A stretch of 64,000 nucleotides of DNA from Octopus vulgaris. Taxonomy: Eukaryota. Location of the stretch: contig OX597828.1 in the NCBI GenBank assembly GCA_951406725.2, positions 72,602,001 to 72,666,000 of the forward strand, in the 5' to 3' direction. The notes under the pieces are model-generated. The model had not been told where the DNA came from. It saw nothing but the letters and a program-made list of their open reading frames with translations, and ran no database searches. Positions 41,825-56,029 of this stretch are shown here, piece by piece. Within the stretch, counting starts at the first letter, position 1. Every line of letters starts with the position of its first letter. Position numbers and translations under genes: made by a program.

Positions 41825-42838
41825 GTTTTGGTATTGTTAACATGAATGACAATGGTCAGAGACTACTTGAATTTTGCACATACCATAACCTGTGCATCAT
41901 TAACGCATTCTTTGCCAACAGGACATCCCACAAGGCATCTTGGAGACATCCAAGATCTCACCACTGGCATCAGTTGGATCTCATCATTACACGAAGATCC
42001 TTTTTGAATTCTGTTCAACTGATCCGTAGTTACTACAGCGCGGATTGTGACACAGATCATTGACTAATAAAAGCAGGGTGAGGATTCTGCCTAAAAAACG
42101 TCCATCAATCCAAGAAAATGGGCCGACCACTGCCAGAACCTCGGACCCTACATTGCGACAATGTTTTGCTGTTTCTATCAAGGTTGCCCTCAGTAGCTGA
42201 CCAACCTCCTCTGCTGAAAGTAAGTGGAATTATATCCCGGAAGCTTTGTATACCACATCAATAGATACATTCGGCATGAGAGAAAGGCAAAACCCAGATT
42301 TTGCTTAGTGCTGCGCTCTCAGAGTTGGAAACAGTTATCGAAGCAAAGTCACTCGAAGAACTCAGAAAGGCAAGAAATAAAACCCAACTGACTAACTGAC
42401 TGCCAGACGCTGTGCAAATAGGTATTGGCAGGAAATCTGTCAGAATAGCCAGTCTGGCTCTACCGTCACCTACAACCTATCCCTTGATGCTGAGCTCAAT
42501 ATCCGCATTGGCAAGGCAGCTGCTGTGATGGCCCAAACTCTCCTACCGGGCATAGGACAACAATAAGCTGACCAAGACCACAAAAATGAAGATTTACCAG
42601 GCATGTGTACTTAGCACTCTACTGTATGGAAGTGAGACTTGGACGCCATACACACGCCATACGACGCCATACGTCGCCTAAGTATCTTTCACCTGCGCTG
42701 CCTCCGGAAAATCCTTCGCATCAAATGGCAGAATCATGTCCCCAACAAAGATGACCTCAAACAAGCAGGAATACCAAGCATGTTTGCACTCCTCACACAA
42801 AGACATATGAGATGGCTTGGACATGTTAACCGTATGGA
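41825..42838 (+). mobile_element. RTE-clade LINE remnant (APE endonuclease C-terminus joined to RT C-terminus)
   Basis: NDNGQRLLEFC..SWRHPRS.HWHQLD..DCDTDH, then YQACVLSTLLYGSETW..RWLGHV.RM; RT core deleted. Confidence 0.9.
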
Positions 42839-43085
42839 ATATGTATGTATATATGTATGTATATATGCAAGTGTATGTGTGTGTCTTTGTCTCTGTGTTT
42901 CGCCGTCATCACTGCTTAACAATTGCTGTTCATTTATTTACATCCACATAATTTACTGGTTTCACAAGAACAAACTAATAGAATAAGTACTAGGCTTATC
43001 AACATAAAATAGCACTAGGCTGTGGCTCATATTTTTGCTTGCCCACTCATTTGTACCTATCAATTTATCTTTGTACGTGTGTGTG

Positions 43086-43169
<84 letters not shown>

Positions 43170-43191
43170 GATCTATATCTCTATATATCTA

Positions 43192-44523
43192 TCTATTTAT
43201 ATATAAAACACCCTAATGGGAGCCTTAACTCCCAAATTTTAGTAATTTCTTTTATGATCCAAAACTAGGTCAAAAGTACTGAATGGATCTTTATGAAATT
43301 TGGAAATTATATTCTATGCATAAGGGCCACAACCTCCATGACAATTCATATATTTTTGCTGTTGATGAAATTTTAACCATAGATATTAGACACAAATGAA
43401 GTAATATTTATAAAATTTCATCTTCTTACAAAGTTAGAAAGACCCCTCCATAGGGACTTAACACACACAATTTTGTCATTTTATCTAAGCAAAAACGAAT
43501 ACAGTTGTGCTCTTGGAAGCTGTAGGGTTACCCGAGCATAAAAGTTGGGCATTATTTCTAATTCAATGGTACAACAGTATAACAGTTTGCTTTGACATAC
43601 ACTTACATTGTGATTTCTGCAATGTGGTGCATAAATTGTCAAGTAAATGAGAGGCATCTTTGCATCCACTGATTCAGTTGCAAAGTGTTGAGTAAAGTTA
43701 TTTGATGGCAGACCTCTTTCAGTCTTTTTATTATCACTCGGTCACACATAGTCCCCAGATGGTAACATTGATTTCAAGGCCTTCCCAGATGAGTGACTGG
43801 TTATTCAAAGACAGTTATAGATTTTAAATTTATTCTGTCCAGTTACGTATCAGTATAGTGGTCATTTGCAAACTCCAGACGTGACACTTCAATTTATCCT
43901 TAGCTCTCACGTCACACAGTTGTTAATGTTGATTTCAGTTGGGTCACGCCCTTCCAATTGCTATAGATTCGTAATGCATCTTACGGCTGTGCCTGTCACC
44001 TGGATGGTGACGAATCCTACATTGGGAGTGGTAACGACTAGGGTAGGGTAACTGACTGCTTGTTGTGATCATTCGTCTTTTGATTTCCTGTAGCTTTGCT
44101 CTCTTTTACAAACCCAGTGAACATATATTTCCTCTTTCAAAGAAATTCAAACAATAGATATGACCCAAGTTAAAAAAGATTTTCAACAATTCAACTTCTC
44201 TGGTTGACATTAAGACATCCACCCCCAGCAGGGGCCTTAATTCTCACATTTTAGAGCTCCATGACCTTCATTTTTCAGGAGCAAAATCTTTTTAACAGGT
44301 TCAATAAGACTGGAATTTTGGAATATGCGCATAAAAATCAGTAGTATGGGATACATGTGGCACAATTACAATTTTTGTGGGGTGTGTAAAGAGGGAAATA
44401 ACCCTCATCTGCAATTTTGATAAAATTCAAAACATAGATATTCCAGTTCAATACAGAAGATATAGCAGAAAAGTCTAATTCTTCAATTGAATGAAACCGG
44501 GCAACGCCGGGTATCTCTGCTAG
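43192..44523 (+). mobile_element. Non-autonomous Helitron (~1.3 kb)
   Basis: A|TCTATTTATATATAAAA 5' end; 3' CCGGGCAACGCCGGG hairpin then CTAG|T. Confidence 0.7.
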
Positions 44524-44741
44524 TAATGTTATAAAGTGTTAATTGAGTAAATTGCAAGAATTTATGATAAGTGAAGAATCATTTGTTCGCATGAAATCAA
44601 AGAAAAACCGTAACAACCTCTAAATTTTATTATTCAAATAAAGATATCTTTAATATTCGGTTGAACGATATTAATCTTCTATCTCTCTCCTCTCTCCTTT
44701 TCTCCCCTTCTCTTTCTCCCCTCTCTTTCTATATATACATA

Positions 44742-44799
<58 letters not shown>

Positions 44800-44839
44800 T
44801 ATACATATATAAATATACACATACAAAATATATATAAAT

Positions 44840-44894
<55 letters not shown>

Positions 44895-44961
44895 TATGTA
44901 CACACATACACACAAACACACAGACACATATATATACACACACACGCACACACATACACAT

Positions 44962-45025
<64 letters not shown>

Positions 45026-45032
<7 letters not shown>

Positions 45033-45247
45033 CTCTGAGCGAGATATAAACAGTAGCAGCACGACATCGTGAAGTATATTTGCCACCTAAACGTGGCTAA
45101 CCCTTAAGGGTCAATGATACTGCAGCTTGTAGCCCCAGGAAGACATCTCTTCCAGCCAGCTTGAGAAGATGTCTACCTGGGGCTACAGGCTACAGTATCA
45201 TTGACCCTTAAGGGTTAGCCACGTTTAGGTGGCAAATATACTTCACG

Positions 45248-45249
<2 letters not shown>
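45026..45249 (-). mobile_element. Fold-back element (palindrome 45066-45249 plus tail) between (TA)n tracts
   Basis: Shares AGCCCCAGGA.GACAT and the tail hairpin with the 31229 and 59646 elements. Confidence 0.85.
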
Positions 45250-45300
<51 letters not shown>

Positions 45301-45301
45301 T

Positions 45302-45351
<50 letters not shown>

Positions 45352-46105
45352 GCGCATTCGTACTACGTAGAGAGGAGCGTGTGGCTTGCTGGTCAGGGTA
45401 GTGGTCTATTGATAATAATAATGTTCTTCAGAAAAGAGAAAGAGAGAAACTTCATTTCACGCTGCACCAGTCCACTCGGCTGGCAAATAGAGTATATTTG
45501 CGATGGATTGGCGTCCTGTCCTGTGTGTGGTATATATGCCAGGGATTCCGAGAAACAGTCCCTATAAGTCTGTATAACAAGGAAAGGATATTTATCCTAC
45601 TATTAGTCCTACTATTAGCAAAAGAAATGATATAATCTGAAGAATGTGATAATACGCAGGATTGCACATAAGGAGTTATGGACTTATTTCTACAATATCG
45701 GAAAGTTAAACTGTGAAGTTTCTTCATAAACCATATCATTTAGTCTGCTCAAATGAACATACAGGTCCACTTATAATATCCAAATGTGCATCTTTTTTCT
45801 CTGATGAAATTATTCCCATGTCACATAAATGCAAATTTAATGTACAAAATTGGGATTAAATTAAATTATGAGTATTAATTGAAACAGCTGTAAGAAACGA
45901 AGATGACTAATTTGTTAAGAATAAATAATTAACTCCTTTATCTCCATTTTCTTTTCTTCTTTTAACTATATACATATATAAACTCCATCAGTTATCATCC
46001 GAAGGATCTACGCATTTTCAGGCCTTCAACGATAACATTGATCGCTTTGATGTGAATATTTGGTGACCTTCTGCGTCCGTATTCCGTTTTGCTTGTGCTT
46101 GTATA

Positions 46106-46981
46106 CAGGGTGGGTGAAAAGTAAGTAGGCATTAAAAATTGGTAATAAAATCCATATTCGTTTTACAAATTTATTGAAACATATGATATATATGCTCTTT
46201 ATTACATGGGAAAATGTAAGTAAATCTTCGTATTTCGACCAGTTTCTTCAAACGGCCAGGGATGGAATGGGCAACCTTCTGAAGGACGTTGTCTGGAATA
46301 TCTTTGAGAACCAAGTCCTCCAGTGTGCGAGGTTTTGTCTTGAACACCACCTCTTTTGTGTAACCCCACAGATAAAAAAATTACATGGAGTGATATCTGG
46401 ACTTCTTGGAGTTCTGAAATTCTGGACTTTTGTGGTCACATCTTCAGGTTTTAGCTCCTACACGTAATGGGGTTTCCACGGACGAAAATTCAATTCTTTA
46501 TGCAACACCGTACGTATTCTGTATCTTGTTAGTCCACTTTCACGAGTTGCTTAACGTATTGATTTTTTTCGGGCCGCGATTAAACATTTTCTACACTCTT
46601 GCCACTGATCGGAATGTGGTTCTCCGCTGATCGGAATGTGGTAGGACGGTCACTTCTTCATGCATCGTTCACAGAGCCCGTGGACATCAGCTTTGCATGG
46701 CAATTTTTTATTGTCTCCGGACGCAGTATTGCATGCTTACCTTTCCATGCATGCCACCATCTCTGAACCAAAACAATTAAATTCCACACTTCATAACACG
46801 CTGCTATCTTAGCTCGCTCCTGAACAGTCAAGCGACCGGCCATCTGGAAAATAAGAGATAAGACAATAAGAAATCCCCATTGAAAATAATCCCCATGCTT
46901 AAAAATATTTTCGTCATGACTTTAGTGATGCTAAATATTCTATAAGCAATTTATTATGCCTAATTATTTTCACACACCCTG
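46106..46981 (-). mobile_element. maT-like Tc1/mariner element with both TIRs and TA target duplication
   Basis: TA|CAGGGTGGGTGAAAA...TTTTCACACACCCTG|TA; MAGRLTVQERAKI.. and PRSPDITPCNFF. Confidence 0.9.
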
Positions 46982-47659
46982 TATAATGTGTTTTTTAACT
47001 GTATGCATGTATGTATGTATGTATGTATGTATGTATGTATGTATGTATGTATGTATGTATGTATGTATGTATGTATGTATGTACGCACGTATGCTGTATG
47101 TATTCAACCAACTTCCATTCAAAGATAACACTCCACCTCTCCTACCAAACTCTTTTCCGACGTCTTCTTCTTTACAACCAGCAACTCACTCTTTATGTTT
47201 CCCTTCATCGTAATTAGCTCTGCATCGACTTCCGGCTCGTAATTTTTGATTTTATTTACGCCGGCCATTACATTCGACTACTTTGGAGGTTCTTCACCCA
47301 AAACTTATAAATCCTTCATTCCTTACGGCAACCAAACTTACTGACACCTGCAAACGCTCTCTGGATTTTAACGATAATTCATGTTTATTCTGTATCTCTA
47401 TAAATAGAAAAAGTATCGCGAAAGAAATATGTGAAATCTAATAAAACATTAATAGGCTACATTGAGTATGTATATGTATCTATATCTAGATCTAGATCTC
47501 TGTGCTATGTATGTATGTGTATGTATGTATGTATGTATGTATGTATGTATGTATGTATGTATGTATGTATGTATGTATGTATGTATGTATGTATGTATAT
47601 GTGTATGTATGTATGTACGTATGCACGTATGTATGTATATGTGCATGTATGTATGTATG

Positions 47660-47691
<32 letters not shown>

Positions 47692-48119
47692 TGTATGTAT
47701 GTATGTATGAATGTATATGTGTATGTATGTATGTACGTATGCACGTATGTATGTATGTGTGTATGTGTGTATGTATGTTATTATTAAGTTTATTTCATGA
47801 TTTCTTGCCAATAGAGAAAGAACGGTTTCTAATCTAGATCCAAGACTCCTTCATTCAAATTTCAACAGCAACAAGATGGTATGTTTTTATGTATGTATGT
47901 ATGTATGTATGTATGTATGTATGTATGTATGTATGTATGTATGTATGTATCTATGTATGTATGTATCTATGTATGTATGTGTGTATGCATGTATGTATGC
48001 CTGTATGTATGTATGTATGTATGTTATGTATGTATGTATGTATGTATGTATATATGTATGTTTTATGTATGTATTCTCATGCATACAGCTACGTATATAG
48101 ACATGTTCATATATATTAA

Positions 48120-48572
48120 AATGATAAACTGGAAAGTTTTACAGGGTTTTTTTTCTGTTCCAGTAATGGATTGGATCTGTAGTCTTCTCCTTTCTGGTTT
48201 TGAGAAGCCTAATTTCCCAAGATTGGTATTTAGACAGTGTGTTACATATCCCAATAATTACAGGTATAAATCTGAACTTGTAATCTAGACAGAGTAACTG
48301 CAGATTTCTCAATAGTTCGGCATAGGTGTTCTCTTTGTCGCTTATCTTTCAGCTTTATGTTAACATCTCATGGGCAGCTAATTTCCACAACTGTGCACAG
48401 TTTCTCTTCTCTAACCCAAATCATTATATCAGGTCTAGTGTGCTTTACATTTTACTTAGGTCTTCACTGGGACATTCCACCAGTATTCCTTTTTATAATG
48501 AGTGACTATGGCTTCTGCCATATTGTGGGTTTTTATTTCTTTGTTCTCGGTGTTATCCTTCCCACGGATTTC
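48120..48572 (-). mobile_element. RLE-type non-LTR retrotransposon 3' fragment (R4/NeSL-like)
   Basis: KEYWWNVPVKT..RPDIMIW..CTVVEISCP.D..KENTYAEL..FIPVIIG (PD-(D/E)xK nuclease). Confidence 0.85.
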
Positions 48573-48644
<72 letters not shown>

Positions 48645-48659
48645 TATATAAATATATCT

Positions 48660-49280
48660 ATGTTTATATCTATGTGTGTGTGTCTTTGTGTATGTACTTG
48701 TCCCTCCCACTCGTCAACGCTTGACAACCGGTGTTGGTGTGTTTACTTCCCCGTAACCTAGCAGTTCGGCAAAAAGACCAATAGGATAAGTTTTAGGCTT
48801 AAACATAAGTCGAATTGTTCGGCAAAAACAATTCACAGTAGTGTACCAGCATAGCTGCTGTCAAATGACTGAAACAAGTAAAAGAATGGCTGTGTGGTAA
48901 GTAGCTTGCTTACGAACCACATGGTTCCGGGTTCAGTCTCACTGCATGGCTCCTTGGGCAAGTGTCTTCTACTATAGCCTCGGACCGACCAAAGTTTTGT
49001 GAGTGGACTTGGTAGACGGAAACTGAAAGAATCCCGTCATATATATGTATATGTGTTTGTGTGTGTGTATGTTTGTGTGTCTGTGTTTGTCTCCCCAACA
49101 TCGCTTGACAACCGATGCTGGTGTGTTTACGTCCCCGTAACTTAGCGGTTCGGCAAAAGAGACCGATAGAATAAGTACTAGGCTTACAAAGAATAAGTGC
49201 TGGGGTCGATTTGCTCGACTAAAGGCGATGCTCCAGCATGGCCGCAGTCAAATGACTGAAATAAGTAAAAGAGTAAAAAG
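48660..49280 (+). mobile_element. Two tandem SINE family A copies (3' half plus near-full copy)
   Basis: First tail at ~48885 is followed directly by a new head. Confidence 0.85.
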
Positions 49281-49332
49281 AGAGAGTATATAGATGTATG
49301 TGTGTGTATATATATGTATGTATATATATATG

Positions 49333-49363
<31 letters not shown>

Positions 49364-49412
49364 GTATGTGTGTATGTATGTATGTATATATGTATATGTA
49401 TATATATATGTA

Positions 49413-49463
<51 letters not shown>

Positions 49464-50206
49464 ATGTATGTATGTATGTATATACAAACACACACACACA
49501 TAAACCGGTCGTTTAATCGTACACCTCATCACCTTTTGAAATAAATCTAAACAACTGAAGCAGGCAGTTATTCTTATACATCATTCATTCCTTAAGCAAT
49601 TTTTTTTTTCTTGTGCTTCCAAATTTAAATATAGCAACTCTTGCAGTGAACCTTTTTTTATTTTGTTTGTGTTACACAATGTAAGAATTAATCTTGTCAG
49701 GCAGTAAATCACAATGGTAACATTTCATTGAAAAAAATCTTCACTCTTCGTCTTGTTTTGTTCTTTCAGTTCTCCTTATATGCTAGGCCAAGTTGTTTAT
49801 TCACCTGATTCTTATCATGAAGTAAACATCATTGAAATATAACAGGTATACTTTCCATATCTAACTACTTCTGGTCGTTGAACAAAAACAAGAGATTTAC
49901 ATTTTCTTCACGCCTCGTCTTATTCTGCACCGTGTGTTTCTTGTTTATATGTCTGCGGCTCAATCTGTTGAATGTTGGTATTTAAGTAAAATAACCGATG
50001 CCAAATTAAGAATTTGCTATATTTAAAAAAAATATTTTGGATTTGTAGAATCGGATTATTAGCATGACACACGGGAAATGTTTTTCATAGATTCGTAAAA
50101 TTATATAGAAAATGTTCGTCGGAAATTTGACAATGATCAGGAAAATATTAATGAAAATCATATGATGCATACATATATACTTACACATACATACATACAC
50201 ACACAA

Positions 50207-50293
<87 letters not shown>

Positions 50294-50510
50294 GCATTAT
50301 TACAGGTTGAACATTAATAATTTCACCATCGAACATTAAAAATAACAAATAACAAAATAAAAGAACGAACTTACGGAATATACTAGCTTGACACTCAGGA
50401 ATGGTGCCAAAAAGAGTGTTTTTTTATTTTTGGCGTTTGGGGTTTAGTTCTTCGCCAGAAAGAGGAGAAAGGAAAAAATCCAGAGAAAGGAAAAGTCCAC
50501 GTGGGCTTTT
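50294..50510 (-). mobile_element. Decayed Neptune-related PLE 3' tail
   Basis: ..GACACTCAGGAAT..CGTTTGGGGTTTAGTTCTTCGCCAGAAAG parallels 3761-3826; abuts (TA)n. Confidence 0.5.
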
Positions 50511-50598
50511 TTATGCATATGTGTATGTATGTGTCTATGTACGCATGTATGTATATATATATGTATGTATGGAAGCGAGATAGAGAGGAGAAATAGAT

Positions 50599-50673
<75 letters not shown>

Positions 50674-50775
50674 GGAGTAAACACATAAATGTGAAACAAG
50701 GTGGAAAAAAGAGTACTCAAATACCAGTGGTAGAGTAATATGCTTTATTTTAAGCAGCAGAAAATTCAACAAAAT

Positions 50776-50813
50776 CTGTTACTCTGAGTTTCTCGTTGCC
50801 GTTCATCAGACAG
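50776..50813 (-). ncRNA. Minimal type-I hammerhead ribozyme
   Basis: CTGT CTGATGA A CG-GCAA-CG A GAA ACTC-A-GAGT A ACAG; GUA triplet. Confidence 0.8.
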
Positions 50814-51208
50814 TTTTTGCTAGAATGGAACCGATATATCAATTCAATCTAGACTCTTACAAACGCTACACCTTTAAAAAGAAATGGACTTGTTTGATTG
50901 GCCCTTTAGAAAAAAACGGTCAATCTTCGAGCGATAAACAAAAAGGTCAAAAATATATGTATATATATATAAAAAAACTTATAAAAAATTATAAAATCCG
51001 AGGAAAAAACCTTACATTGAATAAAATACATATTGACGTTAATGAAGAAAGTATAAATTAATTCATAGGAATTAAACCTGTTATAAATATTACACTGCAA
51101 TACATATTTTTATTAAAATGTGCATATATATATATCAACATACACAAAAAGGATGCGCGCCAACGCCATACATATACAGACGTATGAATATAGATCTAAA
51201 TATACACA

Positions 51209-52672
51209 TGGAAGAATAGTAAGTCAGTCATAGAGTGGTTTAAAGGTATTAGCTATAAGAATAATTGTAGTTTCACACAATTCGACATTATTGACTTTTA
51301 CCCGTCAATATCTAGGACGTTGATCCTAAGGGCATTGGACTTCGCCAAGCAATATGTCAACATCGATAGCTCGGAAATTGATATTATTATGCATGCGAGG
51401 AAATCGCTTCTTTTTTTCGAGGATTCCACCTGGATTAAGAAGACCGAGGATTCTCTTTTCGATGTACCGATGGGGGCATACGACGGGGCTGAGTTATGTA
51501 TGCTCATAGGAGCCTTTATTCTCCATAATCTAAAAATAGAATTCCCTTTTATAGATGCAGGTTTATATAGGGATGACGGCCTTATAGCCACGCATAATCT
51601 AAACGGCCATGAATCAGATAGACTTAGGAAGGACCTCATAGCTTTCTTTCAAAGGATGGGCTTACGGGTTACGATAGATGCTAAGCTGAATAGTGTAGAT
51701 TTTTTAGACGTAAATTTTAATGTAAGATCGGATAGATTTAAACCTTTCCGTAAGCCCAATGAAAAGCTATCGTATATTAGCAAAGATTCGAACCATCCAC
51801 CAGTTATCCTTAGGAACTTAGTCAGCAATGTAGGTAGAAGAATATCTTCAATTTCTTCGGACGAGGCAGCATTCCATAATGCTGCACCTTATTACGATAG
51901 CGCATTAAAGAATAGTGGATTCTCTGAGAAGATCCAGTTCAACCAGCTTAATGCTGATAATAATGCTGCACGAAGAACTAGGACCAGGAAAGTTTTGTGG
52001 TTCAACCCGGCTTTCAATTTGGCCGTAAAGACTAATATAGGTAAGGAATTTTTGAGATTAGTCTCTAAGCATTTTAAGCAGGGTCATAAATTCTATAGGA
52101 TTTTTAATAGAAGAACCCTGAAGGTTAGCTATTCTTGTTGCAGAAATTTCGCCTCTTACATTAGCCAACATAATAGGAAGCTAATTGAGATTAGACATGG
52201 TGCCGAGCCCATTAAGAAATGCAATTTCAAAAACGAAAGCTCCTGTCCGTTAGAAGGGAAATGTCTAGTGAAAGGGGTAGTTTATAGAGCCAACGTGCAA
52301 GTGGAAGGCTCATCAGAATACAAGACATACACAGGGGCTTCAGAAAATTCATTTAAAACAAGATTTTATTCTCATAAAAATTCATTTAAATACCCAGAGA
52401 ATAGGAAGAGGACCAGCCTAGCAAAATATGTCTGGGAACTAAAAGAAAAGGAAGCCCCACCTTTCAACGTGACATGGAGCATTCTGGACAGGGCGGCACC
52501 ATACAGGCATGGAGCATACAAAAATAATTTCAAGTGCAAACTTTGTCTATTAGAAAAAATGTACATCTTATTCAAAGACAATAATTCTTTGAATCAAAGA
52601 AGTGAGCTAATGAACTTATGTAGGCACGCGGCTAAATTTAAAATGTCGAATATAAATATACCATATGGATAG
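51209..52672 (+). CDS. PLE (Naiad-like) RT + GIY-YIG endonuclease, 5'-truncated but uninterrupted frame
   Basis: Frame open from WKNSKSVIEWF; FDIIDFYPSI, VPMGAYDGAE, LYRDDGL, KVSYSC, CPLEGKCL, VVY..YTGASE, LCRH. Confidence 0.9.
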   Translation, partial: WKNSKSVIEWFKGISYKNNCSFTQFDIIDFYPSISRTLILRALDFAKQYVNIDSSEIDIIMHARKSLLFFEDSTWIKKTEDSLFDVPMGAYDGAELCMLIGAFILHNLKIEFPFIDAGLYRDDGLIATHNLNGHESDRLRKDLIAFFQRMGLRVTIDAKLNSVDFLDVNFNVRSDRFKPFRKPNEKLSYISKDSNHPPVILRNLVSNVGRRISSISSDEAAFHNAAPYYDSALKNSGFSEKIQFNQLNADNNAARRTRTRKVLWFNPAFNLAVKTNIGKEFLRLVSKHFKQGHKFYRIFNRRTLKVSYSCCRNFASYISQHNRKLIEIRHGAEPIKKCNFKNESSCPLEGKCLVKGVVYRANVQVEGSSEYKTYTGASENSFKTRFYSHKNSFKYPENRKRTSLAKYVWELKEKEAPPFNVTWSILDRAAPYRHGAYKNNFKCKLCLLEKMYILFKDNNSLNQRSELMNLCRHAAKFKMSNINIPYG

Positions 52673-53392
52673 AGTATATATTTTGTATTTTTGATTTTTG
52701 AAATTTTGATTTTGACTCTTGAACGATGAACGCTACGATGGATTTTGTTTCCAAGCTATGCAGATCTTAATCCGTATAGCAAAGTCTTATGTTTCTACAT
52801 ATACATCAGGAAAAACCTTCGATCCTGTTTTCATGTTATTGTATTGTATAGGATTACTTTGATTATTTATATTACCTTGATTATTTATAAATGATCCAAA
52901 ATAGGGTGTTATATTTTATTTTATATGTCTTTCGTATATATTTTTATTAATGCACCCATTCTTTTAAAAAAAAGCAATGTTTTTTTCAAAAATGATATCG
53001 ATAATACATGTGTTTCTTAAACAAACATTTATTTACACTGAGTATTTGAAGAATTACTCAATAATTTATACTCATTAGTGTTTTGGTGATTGCAAATTGT
53101 CGCAGAAACAATTCCTTTCAAATTAAGCTAATACGGGTCTGGAAGTTGGAAATTTTAAGTCGAGGAATTAAGAAGGTGTATAGATTATATATATATATAC
53201 ATGCATGCTGTACTTCTTTCAATTTCCGTATACCATATTCTCATATTCATACACAAGGATTTGGTCGTGCCGGGGGTTATAGTTGGGGGTTATAGAAAAA
53301 AATTGATAACATTCTTCAGACATATTGACTCAAATATATATTTTTTAACCTTTTAAAACAAGCCTTCTGTAGTTTTTTCACTTTTTATTATT

Positions 53393-53451
<59 letters not shown>

Positions 53452-53452
53452 T

Positions 53453-53484
<32 letters not shown>

Positions 53485-53954
53485 GTCGCACAGAGATAAC
53501 TCCAGTGTTACTGGAGTTACTGCGCACACACACACACACCCGCGCACGTCTCTGCCCATCAGTTGTGTTTCTGCTTCTGTTTCACCTTTTATGGAAACTC
53601 TCCTCGAAAAGGAAAATATTATCAAGGGAACAAGAAAGAGGTTGGTGATGAGGTTTATCTCCGAAATAACTGGAGGGGAAAAAGGGAAGAAGGATGTTGT
53701 AGTGATAGAGAGAGAGAGAGAGAGAGAGGTGGAGAGAAAAGGAAGAGAGAGAGAGAGGTGGAGAGAAAAGAGAGAGAGTTGAGTGAGGAGAGGGTAAGAG
53801 AGGATTGCTGGTATGGGGAAAGAAAAGAGTGAGAGAGGAAGAGAGAGAAAGAGATAGATAGAGAGAGAAGGGTGCAGTGTGAGTGAGAGGAACCTGATAA
53901 ACAGAAGAGAAAAAGTGTGCGTGGGTGTGTGTGTGTTTGGGTATATGTGAGTAT

Positions 53955-54020
<66 letters not shown>

Positions 54021-55587
54021 AGGGATGAGAAAAAACCGGTAAAGAAAGACAGGAAGAGAGACGGAGAGATAGAGAGAGAAGATAATGAGAGAGGGAAAGA
54101 GAAAGAGGGAGAAAGAAAGAGAAAGAGACAGAGGGAGAGAAAGAAAAAAGAGGCTGAAAGAGTGGGATCCGAAGAAGAGAGAGAAGAAGAGTGTGAGAGA
54201 GAAAGAGAGAGAAAGAGAAGGAGAGAGAGCAGGGATGAGAAAAAGAGGTAAAGAAAGACAGGAAAAGAGACGGAGAGAAGGAGAAAGAAGATAACGAGAG
54301 AGGGAAAGAGAAAGAGACAGAGGGGGAGAAAGAAAAAAGAGAGGCCGAAAGAGTGGGAGAGTGAGAGAGACGGAAAGAGATAGAGAATGAGAGAATGAAA
54401 GAGATAAAAGGAGACTGAAAGAGTGGGCTTCTAAGAAGAGAGAGAGAGAGAAAGCGTAGGCAATAAAAATGCAATCAAGAACGAATGGAAGCTGAGAAAG
54501 GCCAAAATTAAAATGAACGAAACTATTAAAAATCGCAGATCTAAGGAAGCGGGTCCTCTGAGTTGATAGCAAAATGAAAGGAGGGCAGAGAATGCAGATT
54601 CATGAAAAATTCAACACGAGACTATATCAAAACAAACATTTATTATTATTTTTGTTGTTCTTGTTGTTGCTGTTGAGATTGCGCAACACTAAAACCTCTC
54701 CAACTTGTAATAAACACTGTTCTCAATATTTTAACTTGATTATATGATAATTTGGTGATACGTTTAAGTAGAATTAACATATTGGTCGTCGTTAATTTTG
54801 GTATGGATACTAGCATTGTTTAGTAGGTGCGATAGTTGTTTTTATGAGTATAAATTTTATGATTAGTAAAACTTAATTAAGAGCAGCTGATATTCAAAGA
54901 CGCACTAATTAGCAGAAATCTAAGGAACTGGGTTGATTCATATTCATGTGATTGCAGATTTATCGAGTTATTAACCTCGTTTTCTGCATCTATTTAAAAT
55001 ATTTGCTTATGTGTATTATATCACTTGTTAATCACAATCACAGGTGAATATTACTGTCTAGCAGTAGAAAGCAGAAGGAAGTAGCGGTAACTTCGTGCAG
55101 AGCAAATATAATAAAGGATTTCGTTTTATATCCCAGTCTTACATATTTCGATGATGTACATAAACACATATAATCACATTTACACACACACACACGCACA
55201 CACACAGGCACACACACAGACACTCATATATATCTACGTTTAGGTAGGTAAACGTGTTTGTGTGTGTATACACCATGTATTGTAAAAGTTTTGAGACTTT
55301 CAGGAGAGTTCTGGCTATGTTAGTATATCATTAGCATACTTAGTCGAGAAGGTGCAATGGCCTAGTGGTTAGGCCAGTGGACTCGCGGCCATAGTGTTGT
55401 AGTTTCAATTCCCCGATGGGTGTTCTAGGTGTTTATTGTTTTTCTATGTTTCAAATTGACTGTAGTGTATAATTTTTTTAGAATATTAAGTAATAATAGT
55501 TGAACATTATAAATATACATATATATATAGTGTAGATATACATATATATTAATTTTGTTAGTTGTATCTATAATTACAGAAACTCAA

Positions 55588-55657
<70 letters not shown>

Positions 55658-55779
55658 AGTTGAGTAGATACAACTCATAAACATGAAGAAATTAACAAAA
55701 AAAGATCCAACAAATATATTGATATTTCAACAAACTAACAAAATTAATATATATATATCTACACTATATATACACATAC

Positions 55780-55829
<50 letters not shown>

Positions 55830-55830
55830 A

Positions 55831-55939
<109 letters not shown>

Positions 55940-56029
55940 GCATATATATATATATATATATATTTCATTATATATATAATTTTGAATATAATGAAACTAG
56001 AATTCTTTGATACTCTCCTATATGGGATT

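Larger units (their letters stand above)
50671..52950. mobile_element. Naiad-like PLE with an inverted pLTR/3' tail (50671-51208, -) joined to the ORF (+)
   Basis: Hammerhead on minus, RT-GIY-YIG on plus, (TA)n at the left end; right boundary approximate. Confidence 0.8.

Noticed and set aside
52725-52770. SECIS element downstream of the PLE ORF
   Set aside because: ATGA..GA is present, but the helix pairs poorly, there is no apical AA and the ORF has no in-frame TGA
53395-54572. 359-aa and 305-aa ORFs
   Set aside because: (CT)n-rich low-complexity tract with an internal ~210-bp duplication
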